Source: Perna viridis
Lineage: Eukaryota
NCBI GenBank assembly: GCA_037379345.1
Contig: CM074518.1
Location: 24,242,001-24,306,000, forward strand
DNA length: 64,000 nt
Reading direction: 5' to 3'
Shown: piece after piece, positions 61,879 to 64,000 of the stretch
How the letters are laid out: every line of letters starts with the position of its first letter
Position numbering within the stretch: the first letter of the stretch is position 1
Position numbers and translations under genes: made by a program
The notes under the pieces: generated by a model
What the model saw: the letters and a program-made list of their open reading frames with translations, nothing else
Databases searched by the model: none
What the model was told of the DNA's origin: nothing

Positions 61879-63450
61879 ATGGCGAACTTTGAAAGAAGTG
61901 GACCAGAAAGGTCCAATAGAAAGTCTTTTAATGTTGAAAATGAATTTTCAAAGGAGAAAACTGTTTTAATTTCATGTGTACTTGAAAGTTCTGGGAAAGT
62001 AGAACCTGATTCAGTAATTGATGAAATTGAATTGAAATGTGGTAGAGGAAGTGTTATAGCATGTGTGCCAAAGACCGGCAGTGGATATGAAGTTGTATTT
62101 AGAGAGAGGCAGATGATGGAACCAATTCTTGGTGATTTATCAGTCAGTGGTAAAACATTTAAAGTGACTGAATTAGAATCCAGCTTCAGATATGTTTCAA
62201 TACTCAACTTGAGTATGTATGTAACTGATGCTGAAATCATTGAAAGATTTTCAAAAATTGGAGTTGATGTGGTGTCACCAATTAAAAAACATAAGATGAA
62301 GTCGAAAAACTATATTTATGATGGAACAAGAGTATTTAAGGCAAAACTTCCACCTAATATGAAATCCATCCCCTACTCGATGAAGTTCTCAGTGAATGAA
62401 AAAGAAACTGCATACTATCGTGTGATCCACAATCATCAAGTTAGAGTGTGCCATGGGTGTTTTAGCCCGGACCACATATATAAAGATTGTCCTGATTTCA
62501 AGTGTTTTGAGTGTGGCGAGCAAGGTCATATTAGTAGGAAATGCTTGAAAAATAAGTGTTCTTTCTGCTTTTACAAGAAGGAGAACTGTAAGTGTGAAAC
62601 CTTGAGGAAGACAGGCGTGGGTAATTCATGTACAGAATTCCAAACTGATTCCTACTCAGGCATTTTTAAGGATCATGACATTCAACATTCAAGTGACAGA
62701 ATGTTTCATACAGAAAATGATGATTCAAGTGATGTTTCTGAAGATGACGAATGGGCACAGAACACCAGAAGACGTGAAAATGTTGTCAGTAGTGTTCATT
62801 CCCGTTGTCGTGATGATGTCAGTCATGTTGACACTAATGGTGATGCTACCCATACAACTGTGGAGGCGGTTGTTGAGCCGATAGCGAATGGTGATAATGT
62901 TCCGAATGGTGTTGCTAGCCAGTGTATTGATGAAAGTAACGGTGCTAGTCACGATGGAGAGAATCATGAAGTGGATGGTGATGACGTTTCTGAGGTGTTA
63001 GATGATGTTTGTGACATGGTTCATGGTGTTGAAGATATTGTAAGTGGTGAAGATAAAGAAAAAGTAGAATCAGAAATCGATCATGACAATCTTACTAATA
63101 ATGTAGATGTTAGCCATGTTAATTTGGTTGAATTTAATGATGTCTCTGGTGTATCTGAGAATAATGTTAAAGATATTGATCATATATCTAATATAGAAAA
63201 TACTGTCTCCTCTCAGGATAAAATCAAAAGCCAGGGAGGAGTCAGCCATAGTACTTGTGATACTTTGGATGATTTTGAAATGGACACTCATTCATTGACA
63301 AGTGATTGTCAGTTGGCGAATGGTGATGAGTTTACTGTTGTGGGTAAGAAAAAATCCTACTTGGGTATCAAAAGGCGAAATAAATTTCAGATTAAGCCTA
63401 ATTTAAAGGCAGCTAGATTGTCAAATGTTAAAAATAAATTAATGAAGTAA
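61879..63450 (+). CDS. Tx1-C ORF1 (RNA-binding protein with CCHC zinc knuckles and acidic tail), 523 aa
   Basis: YDGTRVF, IPYSMKF, RVIHNHQVRVCHGCFSPDHIYKDC, CFECGEQGHISRKC and C-terminal KRRNKF; homologous to ORF1 of A and B. Confidence 0.92.
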   Translation: MANFERSGPERSNRKSFNVENEFSKEKTVLISCVLESSGKVEPDSVIDEIELKCGRGSVIACVPKTGSGYEVVFRERQMMEPILGDLSVSGKTFKVTELESSFRYVSILNLSMYVTDAEIIERFSKIGVDVVSPIKKHKMKSKNYIYDGTRVFKAKLPPNMKSIPYSMKFSVNEKETAYYRVIHNHQVRVCHGCFSPDHIYKDCPDFKCFECGEQGHISRKCLKNKCSFCFYKKENCKCETLRKTGVGNSCTEFQTDSYSGIFKDHDIQHSSDRMFHTENDDSSDVSEDDEWAQNTRRRENVVSSVHSRCRDDVSHVDTNGDATHTTVEAVVEPIANGDNVPNGVASQCIDESNGASHDGENHEVDGDDVSEVLDDVCDMVHGVEDIVSGEDKEKVESEIDHDNLTNNVDVSHVNLVEFNDVSGVSENNVKDIDHISNIENTVSSQDKIKSQGGVSHSTCDTLDDFEMDTHSLTSDCQLANGDEFTVVGKKKSYLGIKRRNKFQIKPNLKAARLSNVKNKLMK

Positions 63451-63452
63451 CA

Positions 63453-64000
63453 ATGGAGTGGAATGTGTCATTAGTTATGAACTTTTGTTTTGTGATGGCT
63501 ACTTTTAACTTCATTAGCCTTAATTGTAATGGTTTGTGTGACAAAAATAAAAGGGATTGTATTTTTGCATTATGTATTGAAAGAAAATATGACATTGTTT
63601 GTTTACAGGAAACATTTTGGACTGATAAATTGTATGAGGATATTCAAATTGATAAAACTGTATGGGATGGTGAGATTTTTGCCAGTAATAGCATTTGTAA
63701 TAGGAAAGGGGTTGCCATTCTTGTAAGTAAAAGGTTGAAAAATGTTTTTAAAGTTTGTGAGAGTGTATGTGGAAGATTAGTTCATATACAAGGTAAAATT
63801 CTTGACAAAAGTTTGGACATAATTAATTTGTATGCTCCAAATAATGTTAGTGAAAAGTGTAATTTTTTCAATGATTGTAAAAGTAAAATATATGGAGATG
63901 AATTTATTATAATAGCAGGTGATTATAATACCACTCTTTCCCCTTTAGACAAAAGTGGGAAAACTGTTTTTTATGCTGACAGATCTTTAAAATGTCTGAC
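63453..64000 (+). CDS. Tx1-C ORF2 N-terminus (APE endonuclease), partial at the window edge
   Basis: Manually translated, open from ATG 63453 (or 63495) to the window end: ISLNCNGL, DIVCLQETFW, KGVAILV, INLYAPN, IIAGDYN. Absent from the ORF track, presumably because no stop lies in the window. Confidence 0.9.
   Translation, partial: MEWNVSLVMNFCFVMATFNFISLNCNGLCDKNKRDCIFALCIERKYDIVCLQETFWTDKLYEDIQIDKTVWDGEIFASNSICNRKGVAILVSKRLKNVFKVCESVCGRLVHIQGKILDKSLDIINLYAPNNVSEKCNFFNDCKSKIYGDEFIIIAGDYNTTLSPLDKSGKTVFYADRSLKCL

Larger units (their letters stand above)
61624..64000 (+). mobile_element. Tx1-clade LINE C (apparently 5'-complete, no visible disruption, runs off the window)
   Basis: Begins where spacer identity stops (...ttaatcat|ggtc); about 255-bp 5' UTR with hairpin, intact ORF1 and open ORF2. 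Confidence 0.92.

Overview
AT-rich eukaryotic DNA, most likely a bivalve and probably an oyster; this is inferred from the repeat types, not from a marker gene. The window is dominated by transposable elements and their remnants. Only one convincing host gene is present: a DUF268-like, membrane-anchored SAM-methyltransferase-fold protein at 29991-31013 whose CDS is uninterrupted. The left 40 kb holds Naiad-type Penelope-like fragments, a TSD-flanked SINE family with a non-tRNA structured head, CR1/L2-type and RTE LINE remnants, a Gypsy remnant, a MULE remnant, MITEs and a 47-bp minisatellite. The right 22 kb is the most notable part. It is a tRNA-Leu(CAG) tandem array (about 562-bp unit) occupied by three distinct Tx1-clade LINEs in the same orientation. 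One has its 5' junction in the T-loop (41854/41855), one has its poly(A) junction in the D-loop (60918/60919), and one has its 5' junction about 80 bp downstream in the spacer (about 61623). A BEL/Pao element lacking intact ends sits between the first two. All calls come from reading the sequence and recognising motifs; no database searches were run.
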